A stretch of DNA of 64,000 nucleotides from a virus: UHGV virus genome UHGV-1374678; one strand, 5' to 3'. Numbering within the stretch: the stretch's first letter is position 1; every line of letters starts with the position of its first letter. The position numbers and the translations under genes were made by a program. The notes below the pieces were generated by a model that was given only the letters and a program-made list of their open reading frames with translations, did not search any database and was not told the origin of the DNA. This document shows positions 29,204-39,288 of this stretch, in pieces.

Positions 29204-32185
29204 TTAAAAACTATGACGTTTACCTCCACCTTTACTTTTTAAAGATGCTACAGCAGATATTGTACCTATGATTGCTGGTATTCCACCGAATGTATCAACA
29301 ATTTGTGTTAATACTTTTAAAAATTCATTTGCACCTTCAACAGCAGTTTTAAAAAGATCAGAGCCTAAGAAGCTTGTTGAAAAATCCTGAAACGTACCTT
29401 TGATTTGCTCGATACTATATTCAATACCTTTCTTATAATTTTCCAACTCTTTCTCTGCTGATCCAGATGAATTTTCTGCTGTTTCATAAGCACTCTTAAT
29501 TACGTCTACATTATTAATAGCGGCTGCGAGTGCGTTTGACTGATTCTTACCAGCCAATGTTTCGAGCAAGTCTGCTCGATTAATATCTGAAAGGCTTGAC
29601 CACCTTTCACCGATTCCTACAACAATATCATAGATATCTTTATAGGTATCTTTATCCTGCATGATGTCAAAGCCACCTGTCAGTGCTTTGACTTTTGCTT
29701 GTAATTTTGAGGTTGAGGTTATAAGACCATCTGTGTCCTCGTTCATCTCACTAAGCTCAGACTCTGAACCTCTAAGTCTGGCACTAACCGTTTTCCACAT
29801 ATTACCGACCTTATCTGGATCCTGTAATGTAGTATTGGTTCCAGTAATCAAAGCAATTGACTTTGATAAACTTGTATGACTCGCATTAAATGACGCAGCA
29901 CTTCTCTGTAAAGCGTCACCAATTCCATCACTTCCGATTGCGAAATTATTTGCTACCTCATTAAGTTTATCCACAATCGATTCTGCTTGCGAAGCCTGCA
30001 TATTATAACCCTGAAGGATTGATACAAGACTTTGCGATGCAGTTTCTTGAGTCATGTTATCTCCGACTCGCTGATACAATGTTGTTGCATCAGATGATTT
30101 CTTAGCGTCTTCAAGATTATAACCCAATTTTGACCAGTCAGCAGTACTGCTAATTACGTCACTGACTGTCGCACCATATTTTTGTGCACTTGCAGTTGCT
30201 TCATCCCAGTAATTTTTCAATTCTGTATCAGAAGCATTGCTTACTTTTCTTAATTCAATCTGTGCAGCATTAACTTCCCTTACTGCACTAACAACTTTGG
30301 ATGGGAACTGCATCATTGTATTCTGTAATATATAATACATCCCGGTAAACTGAGCAATCTGTCCAAAAGCACGCTTCATATCTGCCCATGTAGAAGACCC
30401 TGTTAGACCTTGAGATTTAATCTCTGCTTGCAACTGCTTTGCTTGGCGAGCTGCATCAGCCTGATCCCCTTTTGTCTGAGCATTAGCCTTCGCTTGATAA
30501 ATGGATTCCATCCGATCTTTGTATTTTGACCATGCTTTAGTATTGCTGTTCATATAAGCTCGGAACTCATTTGCGTCCTTTTGTGCCTCGCCTTTCCCAA
30601 GCGTTTTAGACTCCACTTGTTTTACTTCTTGCAAAGCATTCTTATACTTAGTTACTGATTTTTCAAGGTTTTCATAAAGAGAAGAAACATGTGACGTATC
30701 TATATTTTCCGCTGTTAATGCACTTGTAATTTCTGTTTGATACGCATTTACTTGCTTTGCCAATGAACGAAGTTTTTCTAAATGGGTGCTCGACTGACCA
30801 GTATATTTACTAAGTTCAGTTTCCATCGTTGTTGTTCTAAGACTGAACTCCCCAGACTCTGCCTTGTCTCTAATGGAAGATAGTTTGGTCAACGCTTCTT
30901 TGCGTTGCTTTACCTCTACCATAACTGCACTTAGTTCTTTATCTACAGACTCTTTGCCAGATGAAGTTAATCCGTCAGTATATTTCCCCTGAATCTTAGT
31001 CAAACTTTCTGACTGAGCCTTTGTCATAAATTCAGAATATTCTTTCTGGAAATTGGCAATCTTTTCCCTTGCTTTATCGAGAGAAGACATATTCAAGGAT
31101 TTTTCCATGGTAGACTCTACAGTACCCATAGAAGCCTCAAAAGCCTTCGTAGCAGCAGTTAAATTATTAAATTCTCTTTCAATTTCTCCTAGGGAAGCAC
31201 CTGTAGAAATCAGGCTTTTAAGACGATTTTGCGAATCAAGAATTTTCTGACTCCAATCTTCTGCATTTGTCAAATCAGAAGATGTTTGTCCAGAATAGTT
31301 AGAAATACGATTTTCTCTTTTTGCTCTCGATGTAGTTATAGCTTCGTCTGTTACCAAAGCTTTTGCTTTTTCTCTAATGGAAGATAATTTGGTGTTTTCA
31401 GCAGCCATCAAAGAGTTCTGTCGTTTTGTGTAAGCATCATGTTCGGCTTTTGCTGACTTGTCCATATCAGCGATCCATTTTTCCTGTTCAGCCTTTTGAG
31501 CTTCGTGATATGCTTTTTGTGTAGCAAGACGATTCTTTTCTGCTTGGTTTTCCTTTGCCTGCTGTCGAGCTTCTACACCCATTTCATAATCAGATTTAGC
31601 ATTTCGATAAATACGTGCTGATCGATTTTCGTATTCGTCGTTATAAAATCCACGATCTTTTGCTTCTTTAAGATATTTTCTTCTGTCGAGAATAGATTTT
31701 TCTAAATCAGCCATTCTTGCTTTTGTCTGTTGATATTCTTCTGGCTTAACATTCCCTTTTGATACCTTCGTCTTTAACTGATAATATTCTGTTATTTCTT
31801 TATTTAAGGCACCGTATTCTTTTTTTAAATTAATAACTTCTTTCTCAGAAGTAGTTACTCCATTAACAGTCTTTATGTTCTTTCCGTTAGAGTATGTTGT
31901 GTCTGTGACAGTTTTATCTCTCCCTTTGGTTATAGTTGTCTTGTCAATATTCTTAGATTGTTTATCTACATTTTTTCCACCTTGATTATTGCCAAAAGCC
32001 TTTCCTAAATTAATAGAGTTTACAGATTTCGCTAAATTCAAAAGCTGTGAATTATCAATTTTAATAGGAATAACAATTTCTGTTTTTGCAAATTTTTGTA
32101 AATCTTCAATAGCAGATTTTGCACTTTTTGCCTGTTCAATTAACGTTTTCGCAGAACCAGTAATATCTATTTTATAACTAGCCAT
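29204..32185 (-). CDS. Tape-measure-like giant coiled-coil protein (993 aa)
   Basis: Alpha-helical Ala/Lys/Glu/Gln-rich sequence throughout. C-terminal hydrophobic segment FGGIPAIIGTISAVASL. Lies downstream of the tail tube and small chaperone-sized genes. Confidence 0.5.
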   Translation of the reverse strand: MASYKIDITGSAKTLIEQAKSAKSAIEDLQKFAKTEIVIPIKIDNSQLLNLAKSVNSINLGKAFGNNQGGKNVDKQSKNIDKTTITKGRDKTVTDTTYSNGKNIKTVNGVTTSEKEVINLKKEYGALNKEITEYYQLKTKVSKGNVKPEEYQQTKARMADLEKSILDRRKYLKEAKDRGFYNDEYENRSARIYRNAKSDYEMGVEARQQAKENQAEKNRLATQKAYHEAQKAEQEKWIADMDKSAKAEHDAYTKRQNSLMAAENTKLSSIREKAKALVTDEAITTSRAKRENRISNYSGQTSSDLTNAEDWSQKILDSQNRLKSLISTGASLGEIEREFNNLTAATKAFEASMGTVESTMEKSLNMSSLDKAREKIANFQKEYSEFMTKAQSESLTKIQGKYTDGLTSSGKESVDKELSAVMVEVKQRKEALTKLSSIRDKAESGEFSLRTTTMETELSKYTGQSSTHLEKLRSLAKQVNAYQTEITSALTAENIDTSHVSSLYENLEKSVTKYKNALQEVKQVESKTLGKGEAQKDANEFRAYMNSNTKAWSKYKDRMESIYQAKANAQTKGDQADAARQAKQLQAEIKSQGLTGSSTWADMKRAFGQIAQFTGMYYILQNTMMQFPSKVVSAVREVNAAQIELRKVSNASDTELKNYWDEATASAQKYGATVSDVISSTADWSKLGYNLEDAKKSSDATTLYQRVGDNMTQETASQSLVSILQGYNMQASQAESIVDKLNEVANNFAIGSDGIGDALQRSAASFNASHTSLSKSIALITGTNTTLQDPDKVGNMWKTVSARLRGSESELSEMNEDTDGLITSTSKLQAKVKALTGGFDIMQDKDTYKDIYDIVVGIGERWSSLSDINRADLLETLAGKNQSNALAAAINNVDVIKSAYETAENSSGSAEKELENYKKGIEYSIEQIKGTFQDFSTSFLGSDLFKTAVEGANEFLKVLTQIVDTFGGIPAIIGTISAVASLKSKGGGKRHSF

Positions 32186-32196
32186 ATTCCACCTCC

Positions 32197-32664
32197 TTAA
32201 AATCCTAATACTTCTTTGACTGAGCTTTTTAGTAATCTGTTAATTTGTCCGTTCAGTCCACTGTTAATGCTTTGTTCCATATATTCGTCTGGTGGGGTAG
32301 TAGTAGCTGCAAGAAATTTACCATGACCATGTTCACCATTCATATAAAACATTTCAAAAGCAGACAATCCGTCCAAAGGGTCACCCCAAAATCCAGGATA
32401 ATCCCACATCTTGTCGCCAGTAACATTAATTGTCACTCCGGTGTCATCCGCAGTTGTTGTTACATTTCGATTATTTATAAAATTATACGTTCTATCATAC
32501 TCTCCAACATAATCTGTATAATAATTTGCTATTGCCATTTCAGCAGCATTATCAATCGCTGGTTTTATTTTTTTAGAAAATATTTGAATAGTTTTTGGCA
32601 AATAATTTTCTAATTCACGTATAATTCCATCGAGATCTAAATCTTGCATAACCACCCTCCCCAT
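32197..32664 (-). CDS. Hypothetical protein (155 aa), tail module
   Basis: ORF immediately upstream of the 993-aa gene. Confidence 0.45.
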   Translation of the reverse strand: MGRVVMQDLDLDGIIRELENYLPKTIQIFSKKIKPAIDNAAEMAIANYYTDYVGEYDRTYNFINNRNVTTTADDTGVTINVTGDKMWDYPGFWGDPLDGLSAFEMFYMNGEHGHGKFLAATTTPPDEYMEQSINSGLNGQINRLLKSSVKEVLGF

Positions 32665-32668
32665 TCAT

Positions 32669-33076
32669 TTAATTTTGCATAATATCTACAATATCTTTAA
32701 GTTCCATCTCAAGAAGAATTTTAAATTCGTTAAGTTCTCTTTTAGGAATTTCACTTAGAATTAAATCAATTAATCCATTCTCATTTAAAAGATCATATTC
32801 TTCATATTTATTTTCAAATTTTATTTTTAAATTGGTGTAGGAATCAATAACAGACAGTGCATAATTAATATATCGATCAATAGAAGAATACAGACACTCA
32901 TTTGTATCATTATAGATAATAGATTTAATCAAGACTCGTTTTTCTTGAATTTTTATATATGTAGTTTTTATTTTTAAATTGTCTCTAAAACATTTTGCTT
33001 TTAATACATCATTCGCCTGTCTTTTAAAACAAATACAAAAATTTTTGACAGGAATCTTATCCTCTGTTTTCTGCAT
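32669..33076 (-). CDS. Hypothetical protein (135 aa)
   Basis: ORF overlapping neighbouring genes by a few nt (operon coupling). Confidence 0.4.
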   Translation of the reverse strand: MQKTEDKIPVKNFCICFKRQANDVLKAKCFRDNLKIKTTYIKIQEKRVLIKSIIYNDTNECLYSSIDRYINYALSVIDSYTNLKIKFENKYEEYDLLNENGLIDLILSEIPKRELNEFKILLEMELKDIVDIMQN

Positions 33077-33725
33077 TTTTTGTCTCCATTTCTTTTATAA
33101 TATCCAAACCGATTTTGGATAAAGCACTTTCATTAATTACATCAAAGGAATCCATTTTCTTTAGAACAGAAGTCATTAAAGAAATATTTTCCGGATTCTG
33201 AACCATTGGTTTTGCAGCATTAACAATATTTTTTGCAATTTCAGTAATCGAAGAAGCAATGTCGTTAATATCCTGGTATAAACGTTCTTTTGAATTTGTA
33301 CAATTTAAAACTTTTTCTTTTTCAAATTCAATTATTGACATAGCGTTTTCTGCGACAAATTCCTGAATGTTAATGTACTCTGCATTCTTTTCCTTATCTT
33401 CATCTGCCATTCCTTCTGTAGCAAAAAATTTTCCTACAAGATCTAAAATTTCCTTATCAAGGAATACAGCGTCATAAATACTTTCATTTTCATCAAATTC
33501 AATTCCATCAATAAAATGAACAACAATAGATTCAATCAATGTTTTTCTCACAAAAAATGGAGTATATTTTCCATCCGTGAAAGCTGAATTTACAACCATG
33601 TCAATTGCTGCAATCTGATCAATAAATGTAATGTTATTTTTAATTCTAATATTTTTCTTTTTCATACAAAATTCTCCTTTTAATACTATTTTTTGACATA
33701 AATAAAAGAGCCTATGTTTGCACAT
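33057..33725 (-). CDS. Hypothetical protein (222 aa)
   Basis: ORF with RBS. Confidence 0.4.
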   Translation of the reverse strand: MCKHRLFYLCQKIVLKGEFCMKKKNIRIKNNITFIDQIAAIDMVVNSAFTDGKYTPFFVRKTLIESIVVHFIDGIEFDENESIYDAVFLDKEILDLVGKFFATEGMADEDKEKNAEYINIQEFVAENAMSIIEFEKEKVLNCTNSKERLYQDINDIASSITEIAKNIVNAAKPMVQNPENISLMTSVLKKMDSFDVINESALSKIGLDIIKEMETKNAENRG

Positions 33726-33780
33726 AGACTCCTATGAATTTGTTGTTTTCCATTTTTTATTCGCAAAAAAAGATTGTATA

Positions 33781-34101
33781 TTAATTTTCTTCTTTGTCAT
33801 CATCTGGATTCCTTTTTATAAGCCTCTCTATTTCATCCAATGATTTTCCAGACGCTTCAATCATATTAACAAGTTCTTCAATCCTTTTTCTTTTTTCTAT
33901 TTCTGCCTTATATTGCTCGTAAACAGCTTTTTCTTTTTGCAATTGCTTAATAAACTTTTTCTGTTCGGAAATAACTTTTTTCTCAGTTTCAATTTTGTGT
34001 TTTGCATCATCAATTCGTTTTTCAGCGTCCGAAATTAATTTGTCAAAATCTTTTTCTAAAACTACTTGTTTTCTTCCTCTTGGCATTTTATTACCTCCCA
34101 A
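33781..34101 (-). CDS. Small highly charged coiled-coil protein (106 aa)
   Basis: KE-rich heptad-like sequence. Confidence 0.4.
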   Translation of the reverse strand: MGGNKMPRGRKQVVLEKDFDKLISDAEKRIDDAKHKIETEKKVISEQKKFIKQLQKEKAVYEQYKAEIEKRKRIEELVNMIEASGKSLDEIERLIKRNPDDDKEEN

Positions 34102-34157
34102 TATTTATTTTATAATTGGATAATAACACCAAATAGAAGAGAAGTAAAGGCATGCTT

Positions 34158-34655
34158 TTATAAATGCGTATCAAAAATAAATTTTTTTATATTATATTTA
34201 TAATTTACTTTTTTACATTCTGATTCAACATAAATAGCATTGTATTTTTTTAAGTCATTTTGATTAAATGATTTTTTATTTATCTCCGAAATCATTCGAT
34301 TAAAATTTGTAATTTCTATAAAATATGTATCATTATTTTTGTTTCTGAAATTAATTAAAAAGCCGGCAACAAGGTTATGTTTCCCCGCATTAGTTAATTC
34401 ATCAATCTGATTATCTCTAATCATTGAAAGAGGAACTGAAGTAGATTTTGTCGATTTTAGCTCGATTGTATATAATGTTTTTGTACCATCTTCAAACATA
34501 ATATAATCACACATATTATGACTAGCAAATCTTGTATTGTTGCTTCCACCAAAACTTGCTGCATTGTCTTTTAACCTGTAAATCCACATATTCTCTAATT
34601 CTTCAACAGATTTTTTCCAATTCTGCTCAAATCTTTTTCCTTCGTTAATTGCCAT
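34158..34655 (-). CDS. PD-(D/E)XK-type nuclease (RecU/Holliday-junction-resolvase-like), 165 aa
   Basis: MCDYIMFEDG...TLYTIELKSTK gives a D...E-x-K catalytic motif arrangement. AGGAGTGA RBS. Confidence 0.45.
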   Translation of the reverse strand: MAINEGKRFEQNWKKSVEELENMWIYRLKDNAASFGGSNNTRFASHNMCDYIMFEDGTKTLYTIELKSTKSTSVPLSMIRDNQIDELTNAGKHNLVAGFLINFRNKNNDTYFIEITNFNRMISEINKKSFNQNDLKKYNAIYVESECKKVNYKYNIKKFIFDTHL

Positions 34656-34679
34656 AATAAATCACTCCTAAAAAATATT

Positions 34680-35082
34680 TAAGAGTAGGAGAGTGGCTGT
34701 TCAGTCTGGTACCATTCTCCATCAAATACTCTTACCATACGACTGAACATGTATGGTAAAATTACTTGATATGTGTTATAATACAAATGTACTCGCCAAC
34801 CGGATATCATATCTTTGGTAGAAAGTTCTTGGTGATAGTATGTTTCATATGGAATTTCCGTATATAGTACATGTTCGTGCTTACGACCGTTTCCGCCTTA
34901 ACCGATGGGAACACGTCCGTGAACACTGGCGTTCTTATCCTAATCGATAAGTTGTTATTAAGTTTTATCCTGTAGCTGAGTATCAAACTCTCGTTAAAAG
35001 ATTGGTACACATCTATTGTGGTAAAAGCGAGTACATTTTTACAGAGTGATTTCTACAGATGAAACCACTCTTTCTTTGTGAA
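34680..35082 (-). ncRNA. Structured noncoding element B (about 400 nt), homologous to element A at 59.7-60.0 kb; possible ribozyme or intron-derived or IS-end-derived RNA
   Basis: Locally GC-rich 400-nt gap. Several strong hairpins (GTTCAGTC...GACTGAAC; GGAGAATGGTACC...ACTCTCC). About 100-nt block alignable with element A (GTTTCCG..CTTNNNNGATGGGAACAYGTCCG ... AACTCTCGTT). The overlapping 67-aa ORF has no RBS. Confidence 0.35.
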
Positions 35083-35685
35083 TTATTTTTTATCTGATTT
35101 ATATAAAGTTGTTACAGGAATTATTGGTAAATTATCTGTTACATAATTATATTTCTTTTCACGATTGTGGTTCCCCATTAATCCTCGATATGCATCATAA
35201 ACAGAATTAAATTCATCTACTTCATCAGATGGAATCCCACCTAATCGTATATATTTTTCATACTTTTGGTCTATTTTGTCTCCAAGCAACTCTTTTGTTC
35301 CTGTCATTAAAGATTCTATTTGTTCAGATCTAGTAGAGTCAGATTTTGCTAGATATTCTATAGATTCTTTTAAATCTTTTTGAATACGAATAGACTGTTC
35401 TCTATACGGAGTATAAAAATCAATCATTTTATCATTAAATAAATTATCTGTATTGTTTTCTGCCTTATTGAATTTATTATTAAGTTCTGTTACTTTTTCT
35501 ACAGTTTCTTCTAGTAATATTTTTTGCTCTTTTTTTTCTCTTTGAAATTTTGTTTCTATTCCTAGAATTTTACAAAATAAATTTTTACAAATAGGTATAA
35601 AATAATTTAGTCCAATAATAATTAAACATAATTGTGTAATTAACTTGACATAATCAATTTCTATTAAAGGTCTTATTGCATCCAT
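35083..35685 (-). CDS. Membrane-anchored coiled-coil protein (200 aa)
   Basis: N-terminal TM helix, then a heptad-rich region. Confidence 0.4.
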   Translation of the reverse strand: MDAIRPLIEIDYVKLITQLCLIIIGLNYFIPICKNLFCKILGIETKFQREKKEQKILLEETVEKVTELNNKFNKAENNTDNLFNDKMIDFYTPYREQSIRIQKDLKESIEYLAKSDSTRSEQIESLMTGTKELLGDKIDQKYEKYIRLGGIPSDEVDEFNSVYDAYRGLMGNHNREKKYNYVTDNLPIIPVTTLYKSDKK

Positions 35686-35712
35686 TCATAAGCACCGTTC
35701 CTTTCCCGTTAC

Positions 35713-35991
35713 TTACGATTCGCTTTTATCATCATTCTCTCCAGATTCAATATACTGCTTAAATAACTGGTGCATTCCAGTAGAAGCCAACCCACTAACC
35801 AAACCAGATAAAATTACCTCTGGTGTAAGCTGCCATGCGTTAATCCAAAGTGCCAATATAATACCAACAACCGCAACTAATGTTGGAATGTATTTATTGT
35901 CTACATCCTTAATCCATTTCTTAATAACATAGCCAAGACATAAACAAATACCTACAACGATCGGCATCATATAAGTGTTTAAAAATTCCAT
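35713..35991 (-). CDS. Small two-TM membrane protein (92 aa), holin-like
   Basis: Two hydrophobic helices plus a charged C-terminal tail (ESGENDDKSES). Location is atypical for a holin. Confidence 0.35.
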   Translation of the reverse strand: MEFLNTYMMPIVVGICLCLGYVIKKWIKDVDNKYIPTLVAVVGIILALWINAWQLTPEVILSGLVSGLASTGMHQLFKQYIESGENDDKSES

Positions 35992-36019
35992 TTCTTTTCC
36001 CTCGTTTCTTTAAAAATAA

Positions 36020-36283
36020 CTAACAGTTTTCTTTTATTAATTCGTAACTGATAACAACAGGAACAACTAACAATTCATTATCTGTCATTCCAGTATCTCT
36101 ATAATAATAATGTATATATTCGCTTGCTAATTGACTTCCCATAAACTTAGTTGCTGCTTCTATATTTTTTACAAAACAATATGAATCTGTGGGCAATCTT
36201 TTCAAATAACATCCGTCCATATTTGCAATTACGAATTTTTTAATTCTTCTCTCTATATATTTATCCATTTTACTCCAACTCAT
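36020..36283 (-). CDS. Hypothetical small protein (87 aa)
   Basis: ORF in a co-oriented block. Confidence 0.3.
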   Translation of the reverse strand: MSWSKMDKYIERRIKKFVIANMDGCYLKRLPTDSYCFVKNIEAATKFMGSQLASEYIHYYYRDTGMTDNELLVVPVVISYELIKENC

Positions 36284-36494
36284 AATTACACCATAATCTG
36301 TACAATTCTTCAGATTCTTTTCTTGAAAAAATCATTACAATAATATCATTTCCAGTTCTTTGATCAATGCTTGTATAAATATCAATTGGATATACATTAT
36401 TTTTAATATATAGTAACTGTTGTTTTTGATTCACAATCCTACACACGTCCTTTAAACAATAGTCGTGTGATTTTAAATGTGTGTTTACCTTCAT
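36270..36494 (-). CDS. Hypothetical small protein (74 aa)
   Basis: ORF in a co-oriented block. Confidence 0.3.
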   Translation of the reverse strand: MKVNTHLKSHDYCLKDVCRIVNQKQQLLYIKNNVYPIDIYTSIDQRTGNDIIVMIFSRKESEELYRLWCNYELE

Positions 36495-36619
36495 CCTTTT
36501 TCTCCTAATGTCAGTGAAAAATCGTAAAAAATAGGGATATAAAAAATGAATAGTTCATTCTCTATATCCCTATTAAAAATCACTATTCACTATTATTTAT
36601 TCAGATTTTAGAATCTGAC

Positions 36620-36982
36620 TTACTCTGCCTTTTTACGAACATTTCTTGCTTTAGACGGAGTTTTATTATCTTCATCCTTTGCAATATGTTCGTCAATATT
36701 TTTTGTTGTATTGTCGTCTTTCAAAATTTCGGAAAGTGCATTTTTAACACTATTTTCAAAATTATCCTTGTCGGACAAATCACATTTTGAAATCATCTTC
36801 TTTGCAATTTCCTTAGAATATACGTTTCCAATATAACCCGATGCAATTTTATAAATTTCTCTACAATTATCATCATGGAATATAAACATCCATGTTGGTT
36901 TTGAAGAATCATTTGCACAGTTTGGGCAGTAGTAATATTCTTTCCCGCAGACAATACATTTTCTTGCAATTTTTCTACTCAT
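36620..36982 (-). CDS. Zinc-ribbon protein (120 aa)
   Basis: CIVCGKEYYYCPNCAN motif followed by a basic C-terminal tail. Confidence 0.4.
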   Translation of the reverse strand: MSRKIARKCIVCGKEYYYCPNCANDSSKPTWMFIFHDDNCREIYKIASGYIGNVYSKEIAKKMISKCDLSDKDNFENSVKNALSEILKDDNTTKNIDEHIAKDEDNKTPSKARNVRKKAE

Positions 36983-37043
36983 AAAACTCCTTTTAAATAG
37001 AGTCCAGTCGAAAAACCAGACTCTATGTTATATTAATATTATC

Positions 37044-37838
37044 TTACTCGTCCTCTTCTACATCATCTTCTGCCATATAGAATTCATATAAAGATTTGTC
37101 AGTAGAGCAGTAGTTGACCTGAAGATCACCTTTGTACTCGATCTGAGACTCTGTTGTTAATTCAAGAGAAATCTCCGGAGATACCTGGAATGACGGAAGA
37201 ACGATATAACAAGCACGAAGAGTGTCCTGAGTACAAGGGTCTACACAAAGAGCCTTAAGAGTCAGCTTAACAGTCTTAGGGAACTTATCCGCTTTATTCT
37301 TAATAACAATTCCGCTTGTTACCTTTCTGTCATATTTAACAACATAAAGTTCAACATCAGTATCTGTAGGTGCTGTAAATTTGTTTCCATCTGTTACATA
37401 ACCAAATGCTGTTGCAGAAGCAGAAGCTGCCTGAGTATAAGTTTTTCCCATTGTTCCATTGGCACAATACTCACTTACCTGAATAGATCCTTCTACTGCA
37501 TCCTTCAGAACAAGATCTTTTGTACCCTTGGCAACAGTCATAATCTTAGGCATTACGGAAGGACTTTCTGTACTTGCCTGTTCAACACCACTACCAGCAG
37601 CAGCACCAATTACATTAACATTAACCATTGCATTGTTTGCAGTATATGTACCAGTCTTTCCTTTCCAGAAACGTTTTACAAGTGTTCCATCCTTGTCTGT
37701 AGCATCCTTGGATTCAGCAGAAATTTCAATTGTTGAATCTGCAAGCTGAGAAAGTGTGTACAGTGGTGTACCACTCAGAGTCTCTGCATAACCCATCTGA
37801 ATTCTATCAATGATAATATCACCTAATTTGAAACTCAT
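37044..37838 (-). CDS. Major tail (tube) protein candidate (264 aa)
   Basis: Beta-rich, Thr/Ala/Gly-rich composition. Acidic C-terminus. Position after the neck genes. Confidence 0.5.
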   Translation of the reverse strand: MSFKLGDIIIDRIQMGYAETLSGTPLYTLSQLADSTIEISAESKDATDKDGTLVKRFWKGKTGTYTANNAMVNVNVIGAAAGSGVEQASTESPSVMPKIMTVAKGTKDLVLKDAVEGSIQVSEYCANGTMGKTYTQAASASATAFGYVTDGNKFTAPTDTDVELYVVKYDRKVTSGIVIKNKADKFPKTVKLTLKALCVDPCTQDTLRACYIVLPSFQVSPEISLELTTESQIEYKGDLQVNYCSTDKSLYEFYMAEDDVEEDE

Positions 37839-37875
37839 ATTGTTTCCTCCTTTAAAAAAATTTAATAAAAAAAGA

Positions 37876-38649
37876 CTAAGAAGAAATATCTCTTAGCCAA
37901 TTTGTTCTTTCACTTAATTCAGTTTTGCTTAATTTCGATGTATCCATAAAACCAGAATACATCCCACCTAGAAACGCTCGGCATTGTTCATAAATTTGTA
38001 GTCTGTTTACACTGTCCATGAATTCAACGATGCCAACATTTCGTAAATCTTTTGTTGAATATTTAAATCCGGGATGATTGACCAATGCGGAAATAAGAGG
38101 TAACAAATAAGAAGAAGATCCTTTCTTTTTGTTTCTTTTCTTATTTTCCAAATTCATTTTGTCTTCATCTATGATTGCTTGTTTTGTTAATTTCCCCTTT
38201 GCTTTTTCAACTTTTGGATGTCGATCAAACATTTTTTTTAAATATTGAGAAATATAATAATAAGTCATTTCATTTATAACTTCATTTCCTTCAGAATCAT
38301 ACAAAGAAATTTGTTCATCTGCATCTTTGTAAGGAATTAACTTTGAAAAATCATATCCATCAAATACTAATTTAGTTATTTTTGGTGTAAGAGCAGGATA
38401 AAACATTAAGAATAATTGATAATCAGATATTTTATTCCAGTCAACACCTACTTCCCATAACTGTAATCTATGTGTAGTTGAATTACTTACAAACGGCATA
38501 ATGGACGATTCTACATTCATTTCTCCAAAAGTAACAATGTCACCTATGGTTGGCTGTTTTATTGTTAAATAATCAGAGACAACCAAATCTTCCGCAAAAT
38601 ACATTTTTAGCTCATCAAAGTCAAAATGATAATTACTATCGTTTGACAT
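37876..38649 (-). CDS. Head-tail joining / neck module protein (257 aa)
   Basis: ORF between the capsid and tail tube genes. Confidence 0.35.
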   Translation of the reverse strand: MSNDSNYHFDFDELKMYFAEDLVVSDYLTIKQPTIGDIVTFGEMNVESSIMPFVSNSTTHRLQLWEVGVDWNKISDYQLFLMFYPALTPKITKLVFDGYDFSKLIPYKDADEQISLYDSEGNEVINEMTYYYISQYLKKMFDRHPKVEKAKGKLTKQAIIDEDKMNLENKKRNKKKGSSSYLLPLISALVNHPGFKYSTKDLRNVGIVEFMDSVNRLQIYEQCRAFLGGMYSGFMDTSKLSKTELSERTNWLRDISS

Positions 38650-39275
38650 TATTTGTTCACCATTTGGTTAATAACACGAGTCTGTAAATTTGATGAGCGA
38701 ATATTAGAATTCGGGAGTGTTGCCTGAAAAACCAAAGTTCTTGTAATATATGCGGAATCCATAGTGGCTTCTTTATTCTTTATTAAATGACACTGTAATC
38801 CTAAAATATTAGACCAATTAAATTTTTCTCTTATAATAGAAGCTACAAGATCATGACGTGGAATCCCACTTAATTTATCTATAGGATCAGCACCATTTAT
38901 AAAAATATTAAATGTTAAATAACAATATTTTTCTATTGTATTGTATCTGGGAGAACTGTCAAAAGACATTTGATAACATAAGATGTGATCGACCTCTTCC
39001 TGGGCTTGTGGTATATGTAAAAATGGTCTTATATTAGAACTTCTTCCAAAATACAAATCCCAGGCACCATCATAATTGATTGTCCCGTCAGAGCAAAAGA
39101 GTTCTGAATCTAAAGAAACATTATGAATGGCGTATAATAATTCAGGACATTTTAAAAGGCTGTCTTTTACCTTATCTTTATAATGAATATTGTCATCGTC
39201 GCAGGATGTTTTATATGCCCTGAGTTTATTTAATAATTGTTCTTTTGTTTGCAATTGTTCTTCTTTTAACTTCAA
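38649..39275 (-). CDS. Neck module protein (208 aa)
   Basis: ORF with stop/start overlap to the neighbouring gene. Confidence 0.35.
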   Translation of the reverse strand: MKLKEEQLQTKEQLLNKLRAYKTSCDDDNIHYKDKVKDSLLKCPELLYAIHNVSLDSELFCSDGTINYDGAWDLYFGRSSNIRPFLHIPQAQEEVDHILCYQMSFDSSPRYNTIEKYCYLTFNIFINGADPIDKLSGIPRHDLVASIIREKFNWSNILGLQCHLIKNKEATMDSAYITRTLVFQATLPNSNIRSSNLQTRVINQMVNK

Positions 39276-39288
39276 GCCATATCCCTCC

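Noticed and set aside
28585-29271. Track ORFs 28585..28842(-) and 29005..29271(+)
   Set aside because: No RBS. Embedded in a structured noncoding stretch. The 29005 ORF overlaps the 3' end of the 993-aa gene antisense.
34807-35010. 67-aa minus-strand ORF
   Set aside because: Sits inside structured element B. No RBS. Likely a spurious frame through hairpin-rich RNA.
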